Shown here in pieces: positions 51,923-64,000 of a stretch of DNA of 64,000 nucleotides. The position numbers and the translations under genes are program-made. This DNA comes from Octopus sinensis. Lineage: Eukaryota. The notes beneath the pieces were generated by a model that did not search any database, was not told the DNA's origin, and saw only the letters and a program-made list of their open reading frames with translations. Each line of letters begins with the position of its first letter. Position 1 is the first letter of the stretch. The stretch lies in NCBI RefSeq assembly GCF_006345805.1, contig NC_043006.1:52948001-53012000 (forward strand), given 5' to 3'.

Positions 51923-53017
51923 CTAGCCGTATAACCCGGCCTTGCCCGGGATTAAGTTACGATTAAGCTAATCAAGTTCTTTATTTCAAACCAAACTAAT
52001 ATAGACGTCAAATTTGGGCGAAATCCGTTGAAATTAGTTATATATATATATATATATATAATATATATATATTATATATAATATATAGATATATATTATA
52101 TATAATATATATGGGCAACAGACACGAACACACATACACACACGTTCGTACGTACATCTATTGCATGTTTTGTGCACGCATACATGTTCATAAACAGAAA
52201 TGAATGGAAAAAATGTTGTTAAATTTGTAGACTCGCACAATTTTCATTAAGAAAAAAAAATCGTGTTTTTTGCATGGAATCAACTACTCTGGCCTCAAAA
52301 CCCTTTTTGTGGTCCGTGAAACGGAGTGGAGTGTGGTGGAAGCCTCGCAAATTGTACCCATTTATATTGTGTAATTCACTGACAAATTGTTACTCACCTC
52401 TTTGTTTCTTTGTTGTTAAATAAATGGATTGTCAACAAAACACTTTTTTACTCAGCGTAAAATAAAAACAAAACTCTTTCGCACCCAGAGTAGTGTATGT
52501 GAGAGAGAGGGGGGAGAGAAAGATGAACGATTTAAAATAAATAAATGATTTAAAATAAATGTATTGTAATTGTTGTGTGAGAAAGTATATATACTATGAT
52601 TATAAAATATAGTGTGCCTTTCAAAAACAAAAAGCAAAAAACAAAACATTTTATATTTTATTTTTTATGAACGTAGTCACTTACTCTTTCTCTCTCCCTC
52701 TCTCACTTTGTCTTTACCGTGAAACTCTCTGCCTCCTTCTTCCACTTTTCTTTATCTGTTTTTTTTTTTTTTTTGATAGACGCCATCAACAAGCAATGGC
52801 TGATATTTGTTAAGGTTATAAGCTATGGTTGAATATGGTTGAAAATAAATTTTTACCCTATCCGCGGGTGCCTAGGGAAAAAAATAAGTTGACAAAACCC
52901 AGATAGGATGTTGACAAATGTCCTCCTAAAATTTGAGCGACATGCGTGCTAATTTGTGGATGTGCATAAATTACAATCAAGTACACACACAGGCACACGC
53001 ATCCTCCCTTTTATAGA
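51923..53017 (-). mobile_element. Non-autonomous Helitron
   Basis: Minus strand starts A|TCtataaaagggagg and ends with hairpin cccgggcaaggccggg then CTAG|T. That both ends belong to one element is inferred. Confidence 0.6.
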
Positions 53018-53899
53018 TATGATTTCTCTTCTAGCAAGTGAATAGTTATGCGGCGTTTTAAAGTCACGCCTACGATTTATGTGCAAGCCCTTTTGGAGCC
53101 ATTAAGAGGATTAAATTAGAGGTAATGAACCATAAATAGGTCTTTTGAAGTGTTGAATTTTAGCAAGTACAAAAGTAGGAAGTGTATTCACGAGTGAGTT
53201 TCACTGGAGGCAGGAAATACTGATGTTTCGTTACTCATATGACTTGCGCCGTTTTCCTTTTACCTGAAAATTTCCTACAACTTTACAAAACTTGCAATTT
53301 TTTTTAAAGTAGCGGGCATATTGCGCACTCCTCGTTTCTTTATTTATATAAATTTTATTCTTGCTTCCCTACACGATAAAGTTCATATTTCTCGCGAATG
53401 GTTTTATTAAAGTAAATATGCTACGCCTACCTTTGTGGAATTTGTATTTCTTGCAACACCCACTGATAAAGTTTTTATGCCATATTTTTTTTAGTCGGTG
53501 TATGAGGAGAAACACCTGTGTATACATACATACATACATACATACATACATACATACATACATACATACCAACGCATATAGTATACATTGTTATCTTAAA
53601 CTTACATTTAGACATATATGCATTAGTCAGGACTGATATTAATTATGATGATTTCAGTCATGACCAAGATATTGAAACTGCTTCGAGGAGATCAAACGCT
53701 ACTAATTCAGTCATGATAAATGCCATAACTTTTATTTTACTGTTTTCACCCTGCCACACTATCACAGTTTTCTCTGTTACTAATGGATACAACGTCTTAC
53801 TGCTGTCAGATTGCTACATTCCTTTTCTTCCTTTTGTTACACCCATGGTCAGGAGAATAAGAAAATGCTGCTTCAGTATTCATCAATAATACACAGTAG

Positions 53900-54530
53900 C
53901 CCCAAATTGTCCTGATCGCCCTTCTCATCGGATTCTAGTTCTGATTAACGCATAATTGTTGTCGCTTAGCCCCGAATCATACCTAATCAGCCCACTCAGA
54001 TACCTCAAACGCCCTTGATCTACTATGTGAGTTACCTGCGCGGCGTGAGTCGATCTCATTATTATGTCAAACATATCGGACCTATCCTTTCTAACGCAGT
54101 ATTTTCCCTCGAATCTAATAAGTGAATTTCTAACAGCTATTACATCAACACCTTCCCTAGTTAGCTCAGAATTTTTTATTGCGAATATAAGTGCTTTACT
54201 AAGAAGGATTGGGTTAATAAAGGCGTAGTAATTGCATAAATCTAGTTGTATGAATTTCGTTTGTTTCTTTGTGGTGACTGTTATGCCAGTCAATTACTTC
54301 ATATGAACTTGACCAAAGATTTAATATTTTAACTTTCCTAAGTGTAGGTATATATTGATCAATAATGTTCTTTGCTTATCCTACCAAAATCAGATTTCGA
54401 TTGGCATATAAGTCTTACAGAAAGGTTAGAGCTAACGTTCGGTTTGTGGCCTTTGAGATCAATTCAAGAGTTTCTAGACTCGCATGGTTCTGTTTTTGCC
54501 CCTAACCTATATTTTTCCATAATCATCTTA
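53900..54530 (-). mobile_element. Decayed Penelope-like RT fragment
   Basis: LKGHKPN..VRLICQSKSDFGRISK, FIQLDLCNYY (FDIxxFY), MRSTHAAQVTHIV, IRYDSGL (YRDDGL-like). Confidence 0.75.
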
Positions 54531-54570
54531 GCTTATAAATTAAGTGTTATGTGTGTGTGTGTGTGTGCTT

Positions 54571-54608
<38 letters not shown>

Positions 54609-55232
54609 ATACACACACACTCATAAGTACAAACACACACACACTCATACGCACAAACACACACACACACATACACACACACACACATTGAATGAATGAT
54701 ATTTTTGATATTTTCAACCGAGACAGTACAACCGTATCCGATTCTTCAAGTGCTTCAATTATGTGTATGTACTTATATTTACTAGATTGCTGACATTTAA
54801 CAATGGTTTCTTCCATTTGCTGCGCCATTTTCTATCATTAATAAAACTGTCGGCATTTTTGACGGCAAGGGTATGCTAGTAGAAACATAAAGAGAAAGAA
54901 AAAGAGAAACAAATGCAGTAGGAGAGAAAGAGATGCGCACACGAACACGCACGAGCACGCACGTACGCCTAACTTAAATATGAAAAGAAACCAGCGTTAC
55001 CGACGACGAATAATGAAGTGATAACATAAAACACCTGTAAGCGTAGAGGAGATTTTTGACCGATACTTAGTGATGGGGCAGGACTAGCGTGGTTATGGTA
55101 GTGATGGTGAAGATGGGGGTGATGGTCGTCATCGTCGTGTAAATAGTGACGGTGGAGTATTGAGGTCAAAGGTCAGTATGTAGTGAATTGTCCATGCAGA
55201 TGCATACATGCATACATATATATACACGCACA

Positions 55233-55264
<32 letters not shown>

Positions 55265-56739
55265 CGCGCAGATATATATGTGTGTGTATATGTGTATACA
55301 TGTATGTATGTATGTATGTATGTATGTATGTATGTATGTATGTATGTATGTATGTATGTATGTACGTATGTATGTACGTATGTATGTATGTATGTATGTA
55401 TGTATGTATGTATGTGTGTACTAAAGAGTTTGCACTAAATAGACAAGTTTTTTTGTACTAAATCAACTATACTTGTCATACTAGTATTGTTAGTTTGTAT
55501 ACATACATACTATTAACATTGAAACATTAAGCTTACGAGCTAACAAAAACGACTTTTGTGTAGTCGCTAGATCAGTTAGAAATAGCAGTTTAATCTTCTT
55601 CCACTCTTTAGATAAGAATAAACGCACTGGATAATGTGTATATATATATATCTGTACATAGGGGAAAATACTGTGTCGTGGTAGGAAGACTTAGATTAAA
55701 TAGCGACAATTAATTCGTAGGCCACAAGAGGGATCCCCTATAATATAACCCGAGATAGCAATCAAAATTTTCTCAAATTGCACTCTATCATCTAGAAAAA
55801 GGAAGGACACATTGTATAATACAGTCCTAAATATAAAAGCAGATAGCATGGTCACGGCTGGATCGTCTTTGATCATAAATCTTCTCAATCATGGTTGAAT
55901 GGCTAAATAACAACAGTTAAGCTTCTCGAGCAAACACGAGGCCTGTGTGGGGTGACTCGATCTGCTACAAAATAGCAGAGAATTACATTCTACTGACTTC
56001 ATCCATTGGATGAAGCGATCTTAAATACAATATCCCTAAAGCCAAGACGTGATTATCATGGCTTGGTTTTCTCGGTGAAAGTTGGACTAGAATTAAATAA
56101 CAACAATAACAGTAATCGCCCACCAAGTTTTCCATCCTTTTCGACTATCATTCGTCGTCGTCGTCGCTGCCGCCATCGCAGCCTAAATGGCGAATTAGCA
56201 GAGTCGTCAGAGCGTAGGACAAAATGACTTGCATTTGTACCGGCTATCATTTTTATGAGTTCAAATTCCACCGAGGTTAAATAAAATGCTGTATATGATG
56301 ACATATAAGATGCACTTTCTTTCCAAAGAAAAAGATGTCTCAAAATATCATTCTGGGTCATATATGAGAAGTTGGGCCTTTCACAAGCTTTAATACAATA
56401 AAGAAAAATTTCATGATTATGCGCTGCTGAAACAGGAGTTCGCCTAATATATTCTGCGTGTCATTTATGCCATGAAATACACTAGTGGTCCTGGGTAGTG
56501 ACTAAGTGAAAATGATAGATAATCGGGTGACATGTCTTTTGTTATAATAAGCGCACACGGGTGATAATATGGAAGTAAAATATTTCACCTAGGAAAAACA
56601 AAGATATTCTCAAAAACCATATTTATTTATACAATTCCATTGAACTTCTATCGTTTCAGTCATCAGATATATGGACATAAAGAAACTGAAACAGCCTTAA
56701 AAGAAGTAGCATATTAAAAAATATTCTCAAGTTAACAAT

Positions 56740-57570
56740 GAAGCTATTAGGAAATATTGAAAATTAAACTGTTGAAAACATGAATAGAAGCCTCGTATTA
56801 ACAAATAATCTCCTGTTGGAGACTGTTAAGTAAATATTTTTTGGGACCTTGCTTTTAGACACGTTTTTCAATCCTTTAAGGATAATCATTATTTTCAACG
56901 CCTTTCCTGCAGCTATAACACACAACACAGCACCACAGTGGCTAGTATCTACATTTTTATTGCCAACAAAGTCTATGGTTGTTGAACTCAACATGTCAAT
57001 GTATACAGGTGTTTCATCTATATTATAAATCTGGCCAGCATCCTTATCTGCTGTTAATACTGGAATGCTATCTAGATAGTCACTGGCGATTTGTGCCTTT
57101 TCCCCAAGTGTTTTATTGTCTGCTTGACCAACATCTGTAATATTTCTCACAGTCAGTTTATTCCGTTTCATGAAATTGAAAATCCATTTATCAGAACATC
57201 TAAAGCCGTTTATGTCAATTCCCAACCTTTTTACCTATTCAAAAGCATATTCCCGTAAACGGCGATAATTAACAATTAAATTGTTTGCACGCTGAACAAC
57301 AATCCACTGTAAGAGTTCAATCTCTAGATCTCTATGTGCTGGTCCTCTACCTCCACAATTGATCCGCTCTTCATCTTGTCTAACATATTGATTGACTCAG
57401 TTTCTTTTGTGTTTCTTTTCTCAATCGTTTTCTACCAATACCTAAGTCTCTTGACGCAGCAAATAAATTGCCAGAATGTTCTTTCACTCGTTTAACAGCA
57501 CTCAATTTTTTACTAATGGTATATCATCGTTGAACACGTTTTTATATATTTTCTTTCGACTCCATTATTG
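56740..57570 (-). mobile_element. Decayed pogo/Tigger transposase (HTH-CENPB plus start of DDE)
   Basis: LEIELLQWIVVQRANNLIV, FRCSDKWIFNFMKRNKLTVR, IYNIDETPVYIDM, MIILKG; frameshifts upstream. No TIRs found. Confidence 0.88.
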
Positions 57571-58124
57571 GGAATAAAAATCCTTTGAATTTATCTACAG
57601 ACGTATTTACTCCGCCAAAACTTACTATACAATAATGTAGTGAAGCTTGCAATGAGATAATTACTAATGACACGCGTAAGGAACATTAACAGTAAGACAG
57701 TGGTTATTCCCTGGATATCGGCGTTCAATAAGAACTTGTGTTACAAATTGAGATATTCAAGGTAAATCAGATCACGTAGCAATGACAACAAATATAATTG
57801 GATCAGCCGACGAACTATCAGATAGCGGTAATCAATCAAAGGGTGTTACTTTACTCGTCCTAAGTGCGATCTAATGGATGGGCGGATATTCGGAAAACCC
57901 TGGTATTATGAGTTCTAGTGTTATAGGCTTAATCCGTCGCTCGGCTTAACATCACCATGTTGTCTTTGGATGTCTTCAGTGGAATTCAATCTTTCAAGTT
58001 TTCGAGTCCGATCTCTAGCTTAATGATAACGTCTTCTGTCCTTCCTACCAATCACGACAACCCCTTAAAATTAAACATAGTCATGAGAAATGTGTGGTAA
58101 GTAGCTTGCTTACGAACCACATAA

Positions 58125-58516
58125 CTTTTTTTCTATTCCAAAGAAAAACGATTTTATTCACACAAATATGCAACCGAAGAGTTTAAAGTACCAGTAATGA
58201 TAAGGCTGTTGACTGGGAGAACACAAACATGTTTTAAACACTAAGCTTGACAGGAAAGAAACGTGCCTTTAAACAGTACAAAAACAACAAAATTGGAAGG
58301 TGCAGTTATGTACAGGTTGACGGAATAAAAGCAGGACAAAAACGGCTTTATCGATCGCATTCTCACCTGGAATCGATTTTTGTAATTTTTTCAAGACTTA
58401 TACACGTCCTGATACCGTCGGTATCTACATATCAAGTTTGAGTGCAATCGGATGGAGGATGCCCGAGATTCTAGAAGACGCACAGACAGACAGACAGGCA
58501 GAACGGATTTTATATA

Positions 58517-58530
<14 letters not shown>
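58125..58530 (-). mobile_element. Helitron-like element 5' portion
   Basis: Minus strand starts atcttatataaaatccgttctgcctgtctgtc; the body matches 20777-21240. Confidence 0.65.
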
Positions 58531-58570
<40 letters not shown>

Positions 58571-58633
58571 TGTGTGTGTGGTGTGTTGTGTGTGTGTGTG
58601 TGTGTGTATGTAAATATATATATATACACACAC

Positions 58634-58924
58634 ATATGCCCGGACAATGCATAGGTAAGAATCAATTCAAATATGAAATGGAAGCAGCGTAAGAGTAATA
58701 GAGATTACGAACCACATATACTTAACTGACATGGTTACTTTATTTGCCGGTAGGCCGCGCACTGGCGTAGTAGAGAGTACTCTCTCAAATCGCCGGCTGT
58801 TAAAACACCTGATAGTCATGGACCGGCGAGAAAACTCACCTCTGATCCTCTAAGGTTTATTACACTAGCACTGCTTAAATTTCGTATTTCAATTTATCTT
58901 TATGCATGCATTGTCCAGGCATAT
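58634..58924. repeat. Diverged ~55 bp inverted repeat around a ~180 bp spacer
   Basis: atatgcccggacaatgcat..aaatatgaaat..aagcag versus the reverse complement at 58871-58924. The spacer holds the palindrome agagagtactctct. Confidence 0.7.
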
Positions 58925-59010
58925 TCGCACATAGCTTGCATACTATATGCATATAAGGCATGGATTGTCGAAATGGTATATATGTATATTTTGCTTGTAT
59001 GTGTGCGTGC

Positions 59011-59089
<79 letters not shown>

Positions 59090-59241
59090 GCGTATAGATC
59101 ACGAGAGACATATTCGGGACGCCATAACGTTGCTTCAGTGGCTTTATATTAAAGTTCTTAAGTAAAACCCTGTGTGTGTACTACTCAATATTTGTTTTTG
59201 ACATGATACACACACATGATTGTGTGTGTGTGTGTGTGTGT

Positions 59242-59288
<47 letters not shown>

Positions 59289-60524
59289 GCACGCGTGTGT
59301 GTGTGTGTGTGTAAGTGAGACCAGACGACATTTTTAATAGATTGCGAACTCAACCGAAAAATTTAGTCTGAGAATTATTATACTGGAAGTTAATAACAAG
59401 TAGGAATTTGGATACCTGTTGCTTTTACTCATGTGAATTCACAAAAGAATATATATTGTGTATATTTACACAAACTAATGGCCTGAAATAAGACTGGCTC
59501 TCGTCTGCAATACTGATGTCTCTACACAATGTAGATCATTGTATGTAGTTATGTGACCAATATAATACTGGGTGTAGACATTAATATTTGAAACACAATT
59601 GCGACTGAGTTGCTAATAAGGCTAATAACAATGTTAATTAATTATACAAATAACTGGATTAAACTAAAACCTTTGCACAACAGCCGTCCACCACATATTC
59701 TGAAGACCCATGCAATAAAAATATTACTTTTCTTGTGTGTGAGTGAGTGTGTGGGGGGTGAGTGGGTGCCGCGCGCGCACTTATGTGTATATATGTGCAT
59801 TTGTGTGTGCATGCGTACGTGTGCATGCGCACGTGTGTGTACACGCGCGTGTGTGTATCCCTATTTTATCGCTTACTTGTTTTAGTTATTGGATATTTTA
59901 GTTGAACAAATCGATCCCAATACTTATTGTTTCAAAACCGAGTAACTATTCTATTTGTAAAAACTTACTGGGAGAAAAGAAAAGAAACGAAACCACGAGA
60001 GGGCGCTCAGTCATACAATAATGTAATAAATAAAATATATGCATACATACATACATATATGTACGTACCTACATCTACATGTATATATACATGCATATAT
60101 AAATATATATATGTGAGTACAGGACACCACAAATAAACGTAGAACTCAACGAGAAACGAAAACATAAAAACAAACTAGGAAACGGACTTTTTTTGACAAC
60201 GAAAAAACAGAGTACAAACTAACATAGGCCGTCAGACAGTGGTAAGGGACAAACACAGATTCAAAGACATACACTTATAGATATATATACATTTATATAT
60301 TATGTTACGGCTGGTTTCCATACAATTTCCGTCTACCAAATCCACTTACAAGGCTTTAGTCGGCCCGGATTTATAGTATTGGATTGACGAATAATTCATG
60401 AGCGTTTTTTACAGATTCAAAAATGCACGCAGAAATAAAATACAATGGCTATGGTAATTGATTACTACCTCCCCCGATTTGCTGGGTTTGTGCCAACATT
60501 TGAAACTACTACTACTATTATCAC

Positions 60525-61025
60525 GGAGGCGCATGGCCTAGTGGTTAGAGCAGCGGACTCGCGGTCGAGAGATCGCGGTTTTCGAATCTCAGACCGGGTG
60601 ATGTGTGTGTTTATGAGCGAAACACCTAAGCTCCACGAACTTCTGCTGACTCTTTCGCCACAACTTTCTCTCACTCTTTCCTCCTGCATCTTGCAGCTCG
60701 CCTGCGGCGGATCGGCGTCCCGTTCAGTTGGGGAACCTATACCCCAAGGAAACCGGGAACAAACTACTATTATCACCACCACAACCACTGCTGCTGCGAC
60801 TACTGCTACTAAGGCGGTGAGCTGGCAGAATCGTTAGCACTCCGGGCGAAATGCTTGGCGATATTTCGTCTGCCGTTACGTTCTGAGTTCAAATTCCGCC
60901 GAGGTCGACTTTGCCTTTCATCCTTTCGGGGTCGATTAAATAAGTACGAGTTACGCACTAGGGTCGATATAATCGACTAACCCCTTCCCCACAAAATTTT
61001 CAAGGCCTTGTGCCTAGAGTAGAAA
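60525..61025 (+). mobile_element. SINE family D (60525-60760) followed by full SINE family A (60812-61025)
   Basis: ggaggcgcatggcctagtggttagagcagcggactc head, then aaggcggtgagctggcagaatcgttagcac..gccttgtgcctagagtag. Confidence 0.88.
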
Positions 61026-61259
61026 TAATAATTATTGTTGTTTTTGTTGTAAGTTTTGCTACTCTAAATGAATCCTTTTTTTCCCCTTTGATGTCATTTC
61101 GAAAACATTACTACTTCTACTTCCTCTTCTCCTTCCCACCCTCTTCTTCCTGCTCCTCCTCTTACGAATACTATTATTATGATGACGATATGTCCATCCT
61201 ACTCCAACAAATTACCCCCCCCCTTATTCTCCACATCAACCACCCCTGTCGATTGGTCA

Positions 61260-62059
61260 AGTGAACCAGGAAACAAACAGGAAGGAGCAAAGTGTAAAAT
61301 GTCACAGATGGGATCTGCTATTTGAGAAATGTGAAGCCTTGTAGACTGACGTAGAAAAGAGGATGGCGAAGAACGAACGTTAGTGGCAGGAGAGGAATGT
61401 GAGAGGGTTGACATGAACGAGATGAATAACAGAAAGGGATAGAATAGAGAGAAGAGAATTGATAAAAGATGAGAGAAGCTAGATAAGAAAGGATTGGGAA
61501 ACTAGGCGGCAAAATGTTATGAGAATCTAAGAGAAGAGGAGGGAGAGACAGAGCGAGAAGTAGGAAGAAAAAAAAGAGAGAATAAAAGACTAATGAAGTT
61601 AAGTGAAGGGAGTGAGAAACAGGGGAAAGGAAGTGGATTCCGGAGAGAAAAAAGGAGAGAAAATAGAAAAAGAGAACAAGGAAAGTTGAGGAGAGAGAAG
61701 ATTAAGAGAAAGAAGAAGTGGAGAGAGAGAGAGAGAGAGGGGGAAGGAGGGAGAGTTAAAAAGGATGAGAGTGAGAAAAAGGTTTTTAAAAATGTTGGAA
61801 AGGAAGAGATAGAGATAAGGAGAGGAAAAGTGTTTGTGAGCGGAGGATTGGGCCAAAGAATCAAGTGGAAAAAATAAAGGAATTTTTTTAATGAACTATT
61901 AGAAAAGGAGGTGGGGGTAGGGGACGAGCAAAGAGACGTAATGAAAGAGAGGGAGAAGATCAATAGGAAAACTTGAGAAAGAAAGTAGCAAAGATGTATA
62001 GAGGGAGTAAAAACATAGAGAGGGGCCAGAGAGGGGGTATAATGAGGGTTTTCAGAAGC

Positions 62060-62105
<46 letters not shown>

Positions 62106-62106
62106 C

Positions 62107-62139
<33 letters not shown>

Positions 62140-62143
62140 GGTG

Positions 62144-62184
<41 letters not shown>

Positions 62185-62185
62185 C
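61260..62185 (+). repeat. Purine-rich low-complexity tract followed by (GTA)n/(GTG)n
   Basis: Several hundred bases strongly biased to A/G on the plus strand; this produces the spurious L/S/F/Y-rich minus-strand ORF. Confidence 0.85.
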
Positions 62186-63049
62186 GCTGCAGTTGTGTAG
62201 CCTCGGGTCAACTCTGATGGAGTACTCTAATGAAATGCAAGTATATGCCACTTACAAATCTATTGTTGCAGTTTGATCGAGCAACCGCCTCGCCGATGCA
62301 GTAATGAACTGAGTGAAAATGTTGTGTGTTTGTCACTATATACACCCTCTCTTCCGTCTAATTTATTTCAGTGATCCGATGAAGTCTGATAGCTGAATTC
62401 AACGAAGAAAGGCTTGGACCTATAGAGTGGGTTTATGAAACGAAATGCTTGAAAACAAATTATAAGAAAACGTGTGGATTTCAGTAGAAAGAGTTGTTGG
62501 CATGGTTGCATTTAGCTCTAGGTCAACACTGATGAAGCCACTGATCAAACATATTCCATCTTTGACCATCCTATCATACTTAGAGTAACTTTGTCACTAC
62601 CAATATATATGAAAACAATGAATAGACAATCTCTGATGTTGCGAGTAGCCGACCATTTTGTGCAACAAAAGCAGTATTAGGTTAAAATAGCCATTTACGT
62701 ATCATACTTAATGTAAAATATTTTATGATAGGTAACGCATTTACATAGCAAATTTGAATAAACTATGTTTAAATCGAAGCTATACTTTGGTAAAAGTTTG
62801 TAGAAAGCCACAAATTTATAAACACTTACATAAGCACACACACTAAATCTTGTGTTTTGAAATTTAAAAACAATTAGACAGGATAAATCACGGGCTCCGA
62901 TACTTTTGATATGGTCGGCGAAACCACTGTTTGAAAACCCGGACGAATCCCGGAAAAACGGGACGTCTGCATGCCCCGGTCACGTGTACATAGTAATGTT
63001 TGCATATCAATTCCCTTAGATACACAGCAGATAAAAATATTAATTTCAA

Positions 63050-64000
63050 ATTTTGGCACAAGGTTAGCAATTCTGTGGGATGGGAAGTCGATTAAATCGA
63101 CCCCATTGTTCAATTGATTCTTATTTATCGACCCCGAAAGAATGAAAGGTAGAGTCGACCTCGGCCGAATTTGAACTCAGAACGTAAAGACGGAAGAAAT
63201 ATCTATTTCTTTACTACCCACAAGGGGCTAAACACAGAGAGGACAAACAAGACAGACAAACGAATTAAGTGGATTATATCGACCCCAGTGCGTAACTGGT
63301 ACTTATTTAATCGACCCCGAAAGGATGAAAAGTGAAGTCGACCTCGGCGGAATTTTGAACTAAGAACGTAACGGCAGACGAAATACTTATTTCATTATTA
63401 CCCACAAGGGGCTAAACATAGAGGGGACAAACAAAGACAGACAACGGTATTAAGTCGATTACATCAACCCCAGTGCGTAACTGGTACTTCATTTATCGAC
63501 CCCGAAAGAATGAAAGGTAGAGTCGACCTCGGCCGAATTTGAACTCAGAACGTAAAGACGGAAGAAATATCTATTTCTTTACTACCCACAAGGGGCTAAA
63601 CACAGAGAGGACAAACAAGACAGACAAACGAATTAAGTGGATTATATCGACCCCAGTGCGTAACTGGTACTTATTTAATCGACCCCGAAAGGATGAAAGG
63701 CAAAGTCGACCACGACGGAATTTGAACTCAGAACGTAGCGGCAGACGAAATACTTATTTCATTATTACCCACAAGGGGCTAAACATAGAGGGGACAAACA
63801 AAGACAGACAACGGTATTAAGTCGATTACATCAACCCCAGTGCGTAACTGGTACTTCATTTATCGACCCCGAAAGGATGAAAGGCAAAGTCAACCTCAGC
63901 AGAATTTGAACTTAGAACGCAGCGGCGGACGAAATACCCACAAGGGGCTAAACACAGAGAGGACAAACAAGGACAGACAAACGGATTAAGTCGATTATAT
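63050..64000 (-). repeat. Tandem array of SINE A core-linker units (at least 5, ~184 bp) with a 368 bp higher-order period
   Basis: The units starting at 63123 and 63491 look identical. Units 2 and 4 share private variants (acttatttcattattaccc, caacggtattaag). The array runs off the window end. Confidence 0.92.

Noticed and set aside
61517-62251. 244-aa minus-strand ORF
   Set aside because: Low-complexity L/S/F/Y product of a pyrimidine-rich strand and (TAC)n, with no domain-like content.
62256-62308. Possible 53-nt minus-strand exon (cag..|GTAAGT)
   Set aside because: Short, with a weak exonic donor side and no recognisable peptide; chance level.
62935-62980. hAT-like terminal sequence (cagacgtcccgtttttccggga on the minus strand)
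   Set aside because: An isolated ~40 bp resemblance with no second terminus, 8-bp TSD or transposase.

Overview
AT-rich eukaryotic DNA densely packed with repeats. The SINE, LINE and Penelope families look like those of an octopus or other coleoid cephalopod (taxon inferred from family recognition, not from a search). There is no intact protein-coding gene; most ORFs in the track are microsatellite read-throughs or decayed transposons. Recognisable content: a 5'-truncated RTE LINE (9.8-13.3 kb), a 5'-inverted RTE, R4/Dong-type and L1/Tx1-type LINE remnants, three Penelope-like element (PLE) remnants, several mariner and pogo elements and their MITEs, non-autonomous Helitrons, four tRNA-derived SINE families (labelled A-D here), and a ~2 kb tandem duplication whose two copies carry different insertions. 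The most notable signal is a set of type I hammerhead-ribozyme motifs from at least three sequence families (9612-9738, 31694-31739, 46735-46815, 50424-50471). All have a minimal palindromic helix III. One family sits in a PLE terminal repeat that also carries a tRNA-like Pol III promoter. Another rides on a ~280 bp unit present in only one copy of the tandem duplication. A SINE also forms ~184 bp tandem arrays with an incipient higher-order repeat. A few short exon candidates with good splice signals may belong to an unidentified host gene. Boundaries of decayed elements are approximate.
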